Source of the DNA: Octopus bimaculoides
Lineage: Eukaryota
Reading direction: 5' to 3'
DNA length: 64,000 nucleotides
Assembly (NCBI RefSeq): GCF_001194135.2
Contig: NC_068982.1
Location: forward strand, 171,504,118-171,568,117
Both the position numbers and the translations under genes were made by a program. This document shows positions 25,969 to 39,131 of the stretch, one piece after another; the stretch's first letter is position 1, and each line of letters begins with the position of its first letter. Below the pieces are notes generated by a model. That model was not told where the DNA came from, did no database searches, and worked only from the letters and a program-made list of their open reading frames with translations.

Positions 25969-26030
25969 GGCCGCTTGGCTAAATGGTACAGAGCACTCAT
26001 CCGGTATATGAGAGGTACAGGGTTCGAAAT
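25969..26030 (+). repeat. tRNA-like unit (degenerate; GGT in the anticodon loop), truncated after the B box
   Basis: TGGCTAAATGG A-box-like, anticodon arm CTCAT-CCGGTAT-ATGAG, GGTTCGAA B box. Confidence 0.6.
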
Positions 26031-26052
26031 TTGCTTTATTTTCTGTAATGTG

Positions 26053-26083
<31 letters not shown>

Positions 26084-26099
26084 ATGCATGTAAGTATGT

Positions 26100-27195
26100 A
26101 GCTTTCTAGTGAACCTGTTGCCGGTCAGCACCTGCAGAAAAGGTATGAGCAGGCAGAAGATTTCAGAGGGGTGATGTTTTGAGGAGAAAGGATTCAGCAT
26201 AACATTTGTACGTTGCCGGGTGGAGGCGTGAATGCAACAAAGGTGACGGCGGACGGAAGCGAACATACGAGTAAGTTATGTTTGCCTAAGTTATGCAGGT
26301 ACGAATCAAACCTGGTCTGGATCGCAGGGACAATTAGTGATTGAGATATCTGTGAAAAGTGAAACGTCTTATGAGAGCGATTGAAATGTCAAAGACCTAG
26401 ACCTAGCCTGTGACGTAGAGGCTACAGTGTGTCCAATAAAGATTGGATGCCAATCACTCACAAAGTACTTTTCCATGTGGTGTGTAAGCTTCGTGTGTTA
26501 ATGCAGGATTTGGGAAAATTTAGGAAAATTCAGGAGAAATGAAGATTCGTGCCATCTGCATAATATTGAGTGTTATTGGATATGACGGCATGAAGATCAT
26601 CGATGTATAGAAAACTAGAGGACTCAAGATTTGATCGAGAGTCCACACATGCCACGATGGTAAGATCTAATAAGAAGTCACCGATTTAAGAGATGCAAGG
26701 TGTAGGAAGCTGTAGATAATATCTTGAGCGGAGATATGCAACCCGGAACGTTTTACTGATGTCTAGGGTTGAACATCTTACTGATGTCTAGGGTAACAAC
26801 ACTGATTATGCCGAAATCCTCTAAATGGAGGGCCCATTGAACGGTAACATAATAACGTAGGTCTCCAGTATATCTGACTCTGTAAAAGCTGTAGTGATGG
26901 TCACGGATGTGAGAGAGGGAGAATGGGAGAGAGAGAGAGAGTGAAAGAAAGTGATAGAGAAAGAAATTCGTAATAATGGAGAACAGCATTATTAATGGTT
27001 GTCGCCATAATCGTGAAGATATTAAAATCCAGAGCAACAGGGCGAGAGTTCTTCCGGTCAGAAGTTGCCTTTCTTTGAAATGAAATATCCAGTGAAGCAT
27101 GCTTCCAAATGTCAAGGTATATCTCTCAAGAGAATAAGAGATTAATGAGTTTGGCGAGTATAGTAGTAAATTCTAGGTGGCAGTATTTTAAGCGC
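26100..27195 (-). pseudogene. Non-LTR retrotransposon (CR1/Jockey-group-like) reverse transcriptase relic
   Basis: ILAKLINL, IWKHA, KNSRPVAL, DHHYSFYRVRYTGDL, VVTLDISK, FLYIDDL, YYADGT and C-terminal ESFLLKTSPL*NLLP occur in canonical order; many stops and deletions; an (AG)n expansion lies inside. Confidence 0.85.
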
Positions 27196-27210
27196 ACGCA
27201 CGCACACTCA

Positions 27211-27275
<65 letters not shown>

Positions 27276-28136
27276 ACGCACGAACAAACACACAAATACA
27301 CATACACCACACCAACACACAAACACACACACATACCACAAACAAACACAGACATTCACATGCACACACACACACACACACACACAGAGTCACACATATA
27401 TATTGTGTTACAGATACTGAAAAATTGAGCCACTTGTTTGTTAAATTTGCCTATGAAATTTTTAGTTTGTAAGTGGCATGTACGCCCGTTTGTATAGTCT
27501 CCTATTAAATTTCATTCACAATGTATTGTTCAAACCCAGATTATGACAGAAATCATTTGCCTTGTTACCAGGAACATGTTGGTAAAGCAAGCTTCATCCT
27601 GTTTCTATGCTTCGCAACGATACCTCTTGGGATTACAACAGGAGATGTGTCCCCATCTAACTCATGAATCAACAAGTAGTGGCAGACACATCTTGTCGAT
27701 CCTGTAAACTAATCACTCTCTTTTTATGTGTGTGGAGGTGGAGAGAAATGATTTACTGCAGCTCTCTCTTTCTCTCTCTCTCCCCTAACTTATTACTCTT
27801 TATTTCCCACATAATTTTGTTCTCTACTTTTTAATTTACAATTACTTTCGGGATCAGTAAAATTCGGTAAATAGTAAGATTTCAAACAGGCGAGATTTAA
27901 TACATCAACGTGGACAAACCCAACGTTGTTGGATTAGTAAACGACGTTATATTTGTCCGGGTTGATGCCACAACCTGAAGGTTGTGGATTATATTTTATG
28001 GCGTAATCTATTAATGCATCAATAGAATTGTAACGAAACTGCTGTCGTAAATTTTAAACGCCATTTGTATTTTCTCTCTTTTTCTCTTTCTCTCTGTGTA
28101 TGTGTTTGTGTGTGTGTGTGTGTGTGNNNNNNNNNN

Positions 28137-28179
<43 letters not shown>

Positions 28180-28582
28180 TATATAATGATCCTATTGCAT
28201 GTTACTAGAAAATACATCGAGCCACCGAAAACTTTGTATTATGCTTCGTACTCCATTACATTACGTTAGCATGCTTTAATGCACGAATTGTCTCTTATCG
28301 TCTGACCAGCGTTTCTTTGTTGAGACAACCATTCTTATTTAGTTTCTTTTAGATGATCATGTAAAATGCCATGTGGCAGAGTATGCAATATCTGTTCTGT
28401 TTGTACATTACAGAAGTCTCTCGTGCTGATCTGTCAATAAAGAGCACAGACAAAAGCACACGTACTCCTGTAGTACATTATTACGTAAAGAATCGCAATC
28501 CCTTTTTTCAAAGGGAGTAAACAATTCATGAGTATTGGAAGCTTGATAAATGGTGTAAATAAGTATAAATAGAGGCGCAGGC

Positions 28583-29050
28583 TTCGATGTCGAATTAAGA
28601 AGTTTTGTCTCATTGTGCTGCACCGAGTGTCTTCTACTACAACCTCGGACCAACCAATGCTTTGTGAACGAATTCGTTGGACAGAAGTTGTGCAAAAACC
28701 TATCGTAAACGTGTGTGTGTGTGTATCTCTGCATTACTGCTTTTCCTTGTTTGCGTACCACCTCTTGACAGCTGGTGACTGGTTCGCTGACGTCTCCGTA
28801 ACCTAACAGTTCGCCATAAAGAATGAGCTAGTCTTCCCTCACTTACAGCAGAAGTCTTGCGTTATTATGTGTTTATTTAGCTATTAACAAGCGGAAGGTT
28901 TAAGATTAATGATTGGGATGTGGTTAACCACAAGAACATAACCTCTGTCTTACGTCCTACGCTATCACATACTGCCAACTTGCTGTGTACTTTAAGAGGA
29001 TTAAACTGAGCTATAATAAGCATAGCCGCTTTCCAATGATTGTGACTAGT
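28583..29050 (+). mobile_element. SINE family C, diverged, with a 182-bp foreign segment in its 3' half
   Basis: AGTGTCTTCTACTA, GACCAACCAATGCTTTGTGA and CGTAACCTAACAGTTCG match 41907-42330; a tail-like GCATAGCCGC...CTAGTAAAAG resumes after 29014. Confidence 0.7.
28833..29014 (+). repeat. 182-bp direct repeat, copy 1 (identical to 29840-30021)
   Basis: Base-by-base comparison found no differences. Confidence 0.95.
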
Positions 29051-29839
29051 AAAAGTATATATGAATAAAATGATTTAAAAGAAAAATAATTGAGACATTA
29101 TAGACCTACATTCGTTTAAAGTACTGTAATCACCGAAGTGTAAATTACTAAATTTACTCTTTTGTGTAAATACTAATAGTTAGAATTTAGCAGAATCGTT
29201 AGTGCGGTACACAGACGCTGTGAACAATTAATTTTGTTTCTTGCGTATTTGATTCATATCCCATCGTCTTTGCTATTTATCTTCCCGAGTTTATCAACTA
29301 ATTACCAATCAATTACATGAGAACAATACAATGGAATTTGTTACCCGTTCGTGAAATCGTGTGACATTGTGCTTACTATGGAGAGCAGTACTTATGTAAA
29401 TGCCTACGTTTTAATACTATTTCCTGTTTTGCAATGAGAATGATTGTATTACCGCTAGTCTATATAAGTGTATTATCAAATAAAGTACCATATTTGCAGA
29501 CAAAATCGCCCCAAATGCAGTTTTCTCGTTTATTTTATGCTTCTTTTCAAAACGAGTGTAATATGTTAACAAACGGAAAAGTTCTGCGAGAAGTATTAGC
29601 AAAAGCGATTAAAAAACAGATAATAAATAACTATATAAATCAATTTAATTACATGCATTCCGTTGGGTAAGAAAACGTACATATTTGCAGGCCACATATT
29701 TTATCTTCAGATATCCAGAATAATTTTCAAAAGATAAAAAGTGTATCGAAGGTAAAAAACAAAAAAAAATCCTTAATTTATTTTGCTGCAGAAAAATACA
29801 AAACAAAAAAATATCGTTTACTCTGTTAATAATAGCCGC

Positions 29840-30021
29840 CTTCCCTCACTTACAGCAGAAGTCTTGCGTTATTATGTGTTTATTTAGCTATTAACAAGCG
29901 GAAGGTTTAAGATTAATGATTGGGATGTGGTTAACCACAAGAACATAACCTCTGTCTTACGTCCTACGCTATCACATACTGCCAACTTGCTGTGTACTTT
30001 AAGAGGATTAAACTGAGCTAT
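29840..30021 (+). repeat. 182-bp direct repeat, copy 2
   Basis: Identical to 28833-29014. Confidence 0.95.
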
Positions 30022-30188
30022 GGTGCTATTGTTGATCGTCTGCTGATGGTAATAGATGCGTATAGTAATGGTGCAGATAATATAAAAACGGTTACACAAG
30101 CAGTGTGAACGTGTGTGTGCGGGTGTGCATTTGTAAATGTGTGTGAGAGTGTGTGTTTGTACAGATATATACATATGTATTTATATAT

Positions 30189-30232
<44 letters not shown>

Positions 30233-30338
30233 CACACAGAAATGCATGCATACTTAAACATACATACACATATATATACACATATACAAGTATGTATATA
30301 TGTATGTGTGTGTGTATATGTATGTATATTGACACAGA

Positions 30339-30398
<60 letters not shown>

Positions 30399-31139
30399 AA
30401 GATGGGGAGACCGTTAATATATTTTCTCGTTTCCCCTATTTCCGCTTCTATAATGTGTAATGTGCGTTCTCTCTAGCAGTTTCTTTTCCTTCAGCCTAAC
30501 CCCCTAACTTCTCCTCTCCACTCGCTAACCATTAGCGGGCAACCCAACCCGAGACTCTCCCCTACCTCTAATCTAGGAAACCACCCCGACACCCTCAACT
30601 ACCGCAAGAACCATACAATAAATAATTCAAGATGTCAGCAAAAGAGTTATAAAGTTTTCCTCTAATTGGATATGATTAAAACTGGTTTCTAATGTTGGTA
30701 CATGTGTGCTGAATGTATGTATACGTGTGTATATGACAGTGTGAATGTATGTGTGTATGTGTTCATGCGTAAGTATACCTGTCTGCGTTGTGCCTGTTGT
30801 ATTTATGTGAATATGTTGCATGTGGTAAATGCGTGCTTTTGTATGTGTTCGTGTGTGAATGTGTGGTACATGAAATAGTGTGATGTGTTTGTATATGTGT
30901 TACTTTATGGGAGTTTGTTTTCGGGTAAGACTGATAGTTTTGTGCCTTTGTGTGCGATTGCGGGTGCGTATGTGTGTATATCTGTGTGTATGTGTGCGCG
31001 CGCACGTGAATGACCAAATTGTGGCACTATACGTATGTGTTTTTATGTGAGTATGGGCGTGTACGTGTGTTTGTAAAAGTGTGGTTGTGTATATGTCTGC
31101 ATGGCTATTTCTATTCATGGTCGATCATGTTTGCGTCTA

Positions 31140-32352
31140 CATACTGCGTGCTCAAAAACATGTATACTCACTTTAACAGCTGATAACTGACTCCAATTTA
31201 ATTTCTTTTCAGATTTAACCTATTAAAAATAATGAAGGGTGCCTGGCAGCTTTGAACAAAGGAAATTTCTTTCAAAGTGCTGCAGAAATTTTGAAGACGT
31301 ATTTGAAGTGCACAGATAGTTTACGATGCAGTTTCAAATAGACTGACCTACACCACTTACCATTAGTCAAACTAGAGGTAAGTTTGAAGAAGATGTAACT
31401 GTTCAGAACGTTCACAAAGAGGAAGATATTGTCAAGCCCGACAAAGCAAGAAAGGATCTAGTAATGGATTACCAAGGTTCAAAGAAATCTGCTTTGCAAG
31501 CAAGTCGTGAGATAGGAATTCCAAATTTCAGTGTCTATCACATCATTAGACTGTCATTAGAAATGTTGCATTCCAAAAAAACCCATGCTCTCAAAGAGGA
31601 TGATCCTAATCGAAGATCGGGTTTTGCGTGTTCTTCATCCCAAGATGTTTAGAAGGTGCATGCTTTATAAAAAAAATTGTTTGGAGTGATAAGGCTGCAT
31701 CTGAATTAACTTGTATAATTAATCGCCACATTTGCACGTGCTGGAGACCTTAGAATCCGCATATTAGGAAGGAACCGAGTGTTAATTCATATTTTTATAC
31801 CGCTTTTCACCAAAAGGACTAACTGGAACAGGGATACGGTGACAAATACCATTCACTTGTACTTGCTACGAAAATGTCATGCTAAGCATTCAAGATGACT
31901 TTGAAGATGTGGGGTTTTATTTCCAGTAAAGATGGCGCATTCATGCACAACCATAATTATGTAGGGCCGACCTTCATGAAATTTTGGTTAACAAGAGGAT
32001 TGGGCGAAGAGGTTCAGTAGAATATATTCCGCGTTCATCGACCGCAGACCACTAAATTGTTATGGAGATATTTAAACGATAAATTTTTTATGCTAAATCG
32101 GCAACAGTCGATGCATTGAGAACAAACATTGAACGAGAATGCACACGAAAACTGACCGACATATTTCTTGACGCCCCTGATTCAATTTCTTCACGTTTTC
32201 AGCAGTGCGTGACAATAACGAACGGTCATCAGTTTGGAAACAGGCATTCAGGAAAAATGAAATTCTCTCTGTCAATTGTATTAAATTTTGAAAATGAAAA
32301 TTATCTTTTTAATCCCTGACTTATATTTTACATATATTAAGGACAACCGATA
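31140..32352 (+). mobile_element. Tc1/mariner-superfamily transposon, near full length but decayed (resembles the rosa/DD41D group)
   Basis: ATG at 31232. Frameshifted motifs include ASREIGIPNFSV, HALKEDDPNRR, IVWSDKA, INRHIC, FYFQ..DG, IGRRGSVEYIPRS, LWRYLND and GHQFG. Possible decayed TIRs at about 31140-31190 and 32300-32352. Confidence 0.85.
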
Positions 32353-32402
32353 TATGTTGATGTGCTAGTTTTTATGTTTCGTTCCGAATGTGGGAAATAA
32401 TG

Positions 32403-32456
<54 letters not shown>

Positions 32457-35400
32457 AGTCCACGTGCAGTATTAGTGTTTGAACGATTGTGTATGCATAT
32501 ATGTATATGTGCTTATATAATGGAGTATTTTCATGTATGTTAGCAAGTACTGATGCGTTCATGTGGGCACATACCCATCTGCGTATATGTGTATATATTT
32601 TGTCATTATTCGATATACGTTCGTGTATGTATATAGCGTGACATCTTGGAACTTTGATTATTTTTCTTTATACTTGGCTACATGTGCACTTACACCTTGT
32701 AGCTGAAATTGAGTAGACAGATATTTGAACGATCAGATGTGTGTTTTCTTACCTATGAATGTCAAAGAATTGGCAGTGTGGGTCACAAACTGCCCACTGC
32801 AAATATATGCGCTACGTAATGTATGGAATGCTCTTAAGTTTATACACAACTTGTGTATATGTGTGTACGAACACATACCTTTGTGTTTATTTAATTTTTT
32901 TGTGGGCGTGTTTAATATTTGTTGTCAATTATTATAAATCACTTCACGCTGACATCGCTGGATGTGAAAACCGCAATTGTCAATGGATATTTGAAGTTTC
33001 AGGGAGCAGAAGACATGTTAAATAAGTGACGCATCACATTTTGAATGAAATGAACGGTGCATTATTTTTGACGCACACTCATACCATAATTTTAGACGAT
33101 TATATATATTTTTTTAATGTTAAACATGTAAGAGTGATTTGAAACATTATGGAATGTAACTCCGTTCATAATAGACTACATGATAATAGTGAATTCATCC
33201 TCATGTTTTTCCTTCGTGTAGTGTAGTTGGTTCGTGATGTTTTCCTCCTGAGTTGTATTTTCGCATTGCGGTGATTGTCTGTAGATGACCCTATATTTTA
33301 GTTTAGTCTGTTCTCAAATTACTTTTCTCTTAGATTAATGCAAGAAAAAATACAGGATTGCTTTTTTTTTTTTTTCTAGTGATCTGACACATAATATAAT
33401 CACTCATGTCCTTATGGTCGTGATAAGAGAAGAAAAAAGAAGATAACAATCTAATTCAATTACTACAAAACCATATGACTCACTAAACCTATTATCCGGA
33501 ATTTCTCCATATCAGGCGAGACGTTGGATCTGCATTCGGAATGTTTTCCGAAGTGTAGGCACGGGCAAATCTTTTTATGAAAGAGCAACAATCGTCATGC
33601 AAGCAAGTCTCGCGTCGCCACCAAAGAAACAAAGAGCCCAAACAAAAATTGTAATTCATTCCGACCGACTTTCTAACAATTTAAGTCAATTCCAACCCTT
33701 GGGTTTTAAAGGGTAAACTGCAAAGGCAAACTGAGCCTACCGTGATTTGAATTCAAAATGCATAGCGAGAGATGGAGGTGGCACATATACCCAAGATATT
33801 CTGACTGATGCTCCAACAGATCTACGGAGCCTACTACAGTAATTTTATTCCAGATAACATTTTTTGTAATACACATAAATCTAGAGTACTCATGTAGAAA
33901 TCAATTCTCTGACTTTCCTATAACTGATCGTCGTTATTACAACATACTAACATAAATAATGAACAAAGCAAAAATGCTTTCCCCAGCTTAAGAACTGCAA
34001 CAGACATAATTATAAAATACGATACTAATTACTTGTAATAGTCAACGTAAAAGCATCTATGGATATCAAACACGTTATGTCAAAGTCTCATAGAGTGATA
34101 AGAACGCTCAAATTAAAGAAATGAACGCACGCAACACAAAATAAAATTGAAGGAATAGCAGCGGACACGTAACATCAAACGTCACAATTTCCTTCCAAGT
34201 GGCTTGCACAAATAGAACTTTAACGAGAAAACACTTTTCCAAATAATCTGTCAGCAAATTCGGATTTCAAAACCGACCACCACTTTCTTCTCCTTCTGCC
34301 ATTTTCTAGATATAGACGGTCAAGTACCTCAAACTATGCGTGAAATATATAAGAATCTATCACACACACGCGCGCGCTCACGCATACATGCACATAGAGA
34401 CGTAGACAAAGAGAAGGGGGAAATGTACTAGGAATTGTCAACATCACCTCATCAGTCCAAGTAGACAGAATCAGGAAAACGACGAACAAATACACTAAAA
34501 GCGCTCTCAATCCTAAAACTAGTAGACAAGGAATCCGTGACATACTTCATAGAATGAACGTAACTTGTATGTTCATAATTTGATCACATACTACACTCAC
34601 ATTCATCCAGCAGTTATACCAACTACTAGAGTTAACAGCCAAATCGCCATCCCAAAAGGGGAGAGCAATAAAGTGGACAGAGCTCTAGCTGCCTATTCAG
34701 GACTCACTAAATACATCAATATACACACCATTCTCTGTTCTGCCTATGTAAATGGTATGTTCTTGAGGAAGGCAGAGGTATAACATATTGTGAGACATGG
34801 AGATATGTGTCTAAACTATAGGTAATCAACAGATTTCCAGATATCAGCGATCTTTTCTACTGATGCTACAAAATAATGTAACTATGGAGATATCACCAAT
34901 CTCATCAATATATAAAAACTTGCATGATTATATATATATATATATATATATNNNNNNNNNNNNNNNNNNNNNNNNNNNNNNNNNNNNNNNNNNNNNNNNN
35001 NNNNNNNNNNNNNNNNNNNNNNNNNNNNNNNNNNNNNNNNNNNNNNNNNNNNNNNNNNNNNNNNNNNNNNNNNNNNNNNNNNNNNNNNNNNNNNNNNNNN
35101 NNNNNNNNNNNNNNNNNNNNNNNNNNNNNNNNNNNNNNNNNNNNNNNNNNNNNNNNNNNNNNNNNNNNNNNNNNNNNNNNNNNNNNNNNNNNNNNNNNNN
35201 NNNNNNNNNNNNNNNNNNNNNNNNNNNNNNNNNNNNNNNNNNNNNNNNNNNNNNNNNNNNNNNNNNNNNNNNNNNNNNNNNNNNNNNNNNNNNNNNNNNN
35301 NNNNNNNNNNNNNNNNNNNNNNNNNNNNNNNNNNNNNNNNNNNNNNNNNNNNNNNNNNNNNNNNNNNNNNNNNNNNNNNNNNNNNNNNNNNNNNNNNNNN

Positions 35401-35900
35401 NNNNNNNNNNNNNNNNNNNNNNNNNNNNNNNNNNNNNNNNNNNNNNNNNNNNNNNNNNNNNNNNNNNNNNNNNNNNNNNNNNNNNNNNNNNNNNNNNNNN
35501 NNNNNNNNNNNNNNNNNNNNNNNNNNNNNNNNNNNNNNNNNNNNNNNNNNNNNNNNNNNNNNNNNNNNNNNNNNNNNNNNNNNNNNNNNNNNNNNNNNNN
35601 NNNNNNNNNNNNNNNNNNNNNNNNNNNNNNNNNNNNNNNNNNNNNNNNNNNNNNNNNNNNNNNNNNNNNNNNNNNNNNNNNNNNNNNNNNNNNNNNNNNN
35701 NNNNNNNNNNNNNNNNNNNNNNNNNNNNNNNNNNNNNNNNNNNNNNNNNNNNNNNNNNNNNNNNNNNNNNNNNNNNNNNNNNNNNNNNNNNNNNNNNNNN
35801 NNNNNNNNNNNNNNNNNNNNNNNNNNNNNNNNNNNNNNNNNNNNNNNNNNNNNNNNNNNNNNNNNNNNNNNNNNNNNNNNNNNNNNNNNCCTCAGATTGA

Positions 35901-35970
35901 CTTCAACATTTAAATTTAATTTGTCAAAATATTTTCGTCGCTTTTGACAAATTAAATTTAAATATTGAAG
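35901..35970. repeat. AT-rich hairpin with 29-bp arms (1 mismatch) and a 12-nt loop
   Basis: CTTCAACATTTAAATTTAATTTGTCAAAA (35901-35929) versus TTTTGACAAATTAAATTTAAATATTGAAG (35942-35970). Confidence 0.9.
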
Positions 35971-36035
35971 TGAATTTGACGGCTTTTGTGTGTTATTTTA
36001 AATGGCTTATAAACACCTTCCACGCTGCAATTGTT

Positions 36036-36084
<49 letters not shown>

Positions 36085-36848
36085 TTATAAAGACGAAAGC
36101 TTTTGCGTCGTTGTTGTTTGTTACAAAATATGTATACACGATATACTTAGCCTTAGAGTTAGATTCTAGAGGGGGCAGTTTCTAAAAAATGCATATATTC
36201 ACACAAATTCATTTATCTTTGAAATACACACTCGTGCGTACACACACTTGTATTAACCTCTGTTTGCTATTTTGCAAATGATTAATTGTCTTTCATATGC
36301 TTTCTAAATTTAGATGGCAAATTACGGACAAAATTGCCATTTCTCAATACGATGGTTTGTTAGTTTTTTCATTAAAGATCTGCCGGTAATTATGGCTTAA
36401 GAGGCAATGTTTTTTAAAGAGATAAAGAGATTTAGAAAACTTGAGCCAATGCTATAACTACCGCAATTTTGGACCAGAATACCAGGTCATCCTANNNNNN
36501 NNNNNNNNNNNNNNNNNNNNNNNNNNNNNNNNNNNNNNNNNNNNNNNNNNNNNNNNNNNNNNNNNNNNNNNNNNNNNNNNNNNNNNNNNNNNNNNNTTGT
36601 TTAGGCGGGGGCGAGTTAATAGTTATTCTATATTGTATGTATACTGCAACCGTCTTTATGTTTGTTGCAATTGTTGTTGATTCTTATGATAACAGTGAAG
36701 GCGAGGAGATGGAGCAGAAGGATCAGAAGAGGAAAGTTGACTTTTTTGCCCCCAGTCAGGCATGAGGGAACAAATCAATGATCAGAGTTAAGTTTTCTTC
36801 TTTTCATTCAGTTATAGAGCTTCTATGACTACTGTCTGCCTCTGTCTG

Positions 36849-36903
<55 letters not shown>

Positions 36904-37078
36904 AGATGTGTACCTTGAATCCCAAAGCATAAAGTATATCTCAGTCAGTTGTTTGTACACAGCTGCTCAATTTCTTATTATTGTCGGGTGTTGTACTCGC
37001 TCTCTTATATGTAATTACATATTTCTGCTGCTTCCATGTATATAGACATACGCACCCACGTGCATATACAGACAGACT

Positions 37079-37130
<52 letters not shown>

Positions 37131-38639
37131 TTGGATAATAAAAGGAATACATACATATAGTATGTGTCTGTATATATGTGTGAGCGAATGTGAATATTTA
37201 TAAATACCCAAATTTATATATATAGCTGATACCTCAATGTTTACTGTTATCATTGGATTGATTCTGAAAACAGTAGCGAGTTAACATCAACCGAAATGAA
37301 ATATTGTCGATAGAAATTTATTAAGTTGATAGGGTAATAATTCTATTTGTTCATCGATCGAAATTTCACTTCCACTACGCAAGGGATATTTATTAAGATA
37401 TTTTTTCTGAGAAAATCATCTTACTCCACATTCCCCAAATTCGTTTAGCTACCCCTATGTCATTTAGCTTACTATGTCATCTGAGAATGCTAGAGAGAAT
37501 CATCTCGCATGCAATCTTCTTTATTAGTAGTGTGGGTGAGCTGCAGATGCTTAGTTTACCTTTTCCATGTGAAACTAATACTGAATCTCAAAGAGACATT
37601 TTTATTCTTATTCAGAAAAATGCTAGGAGAGAATGTTTGCTTGTCTTTTAATTATTGTCATATTCTTCAAAACTTTCATAGTTACTACCACAATGTGTAA
37701 CTTTATGTAACTTCATAGTAACTACTATAATGCGTAGCTTTTCAACAATTTTCACTTTGCAAAATGACCGCACTTGTGTCTCAAATAGTTGCCATAGTCA
37801 TATGTCATTGACTAACTGAGTTAAGATGTTAATTTAATTGAAGTCTGTTGTCATTCTTTTGACGAAAACAATGTATGTGTTAGTGATTAAAGATTACTAG
37901 GAGATCAGAAAGTTTCAGATTTACTTAAAAGCACCCTTGGGTTCACTAAAAATTAAATAGTGTAAACGTATTGTTATAAGAGGATGTATAATCTATACAG
38001 TAAATTAATGTAATAATTTATAACTTTTATATAATTGTTATAATTTTCTTTATCATAATCACAATCACCCTCGAACTCCTCTCCTCCTGATAGTCTTCAC
38101 TCTCGGCAGCTTCGGTGGTGGTACCTTGATAGAAATTTCTACTTGCTCACAAACAATAAAAAAAACATCATTATAATTCACGTCACTCAGATAAAAAAAA
38201 AAATGAAAAAAATCATCTCCAACTGAATACACCTTCAACACTATTACATTTTACGTTGGAATCCCTTAGCTTTGTATTACTATGTGCTTCTTTGTAACAT
38301 TATCTTAATGTAGTTATTAGATTAGTATACGTCAAATTGACAGGCTTTATTTCTGTCACCTTTCAGTAATTCTTAATCTTTTTGCTCCAAGCCTCACCTT
38401 ACTTTCTTTTTGTGATTTATTTTGTCTTGATTTACAAAAAATTATTCTTTTCTTCTTAAATTCTTGTTTCTGTTTCTTCTAATATTTCGTATTGTCGTTT
38501 ACCAGCTCTTCTCTCCAAGAAAACAATGACTTCTTCACGTGATAATCTTCATATGTTTTCCGGAGCTCGAAGTTGAGTTACTTCCCTTACTGACAATTTC
38601 TCAGTCTGTTTGACTTGCAATGTACCTGAATTACAGGCT

Positions 38640-38805
38640 GTTCGAGATAAATTTAACGATTTTTATGTCTTCTTTTGTCAAGAACAGCTACATGTATTGA
38701 TGAACAGTCAGTGGCATTGTAGAGCATAAAGATTAACGATGTAGTTGAGAAAAAGTAAGCTGACATATGGGACTGAATGATGAACACTTCTGTTATTGTC
38801 TGCAT
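38640..38805 (+). repeat. Diverged direct repeat, copy 1 (copy 2 at about 40560-40705)
   Basis: Shared TAAATTTAACGATTTTTATGTC, TGTCAAGAACAG, AACAGTCAG, GTAGTTGA, GACTG..TGATGAAC. Confidence 0.75.
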
Positions 38806-39098
38806 CTATGGGAAAGATGATGATCCAGAGATGAATGTGAACATGGACAAGACATGAATGGGAACAATAATCTTGTCGTACCCATTATATAATGCATATT
38901 ACATAAGGACCTTGACAGTTATTTAGTCATCACTGCATATTCGAATTTTTACCTACACGTTGTTGAAATAATTATAAACCATGAATTAAATATAATACCA
39001 GCAATTCCATTCTTCACTCAATACGCACACACACAAACACATACATTTATATACATACACAAATTCATACATTTATATACATACACAAATTCATACAT

Positions 39099-39131
<33 letters not shown>

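Noticed and set aside
26110-26275. Plus-strand splice-like sites (AAAG|GTATGA, ACGA|GTAAGT)
   Set aside because: The region is the antisense of the LINE ORF2 C-terminus.
28833-30021. TRIM or LTR element reading of the 182-bp direct repeats
   Set aside because: No TG...CA ends, primer-binding site, polypurine tract or TSD.
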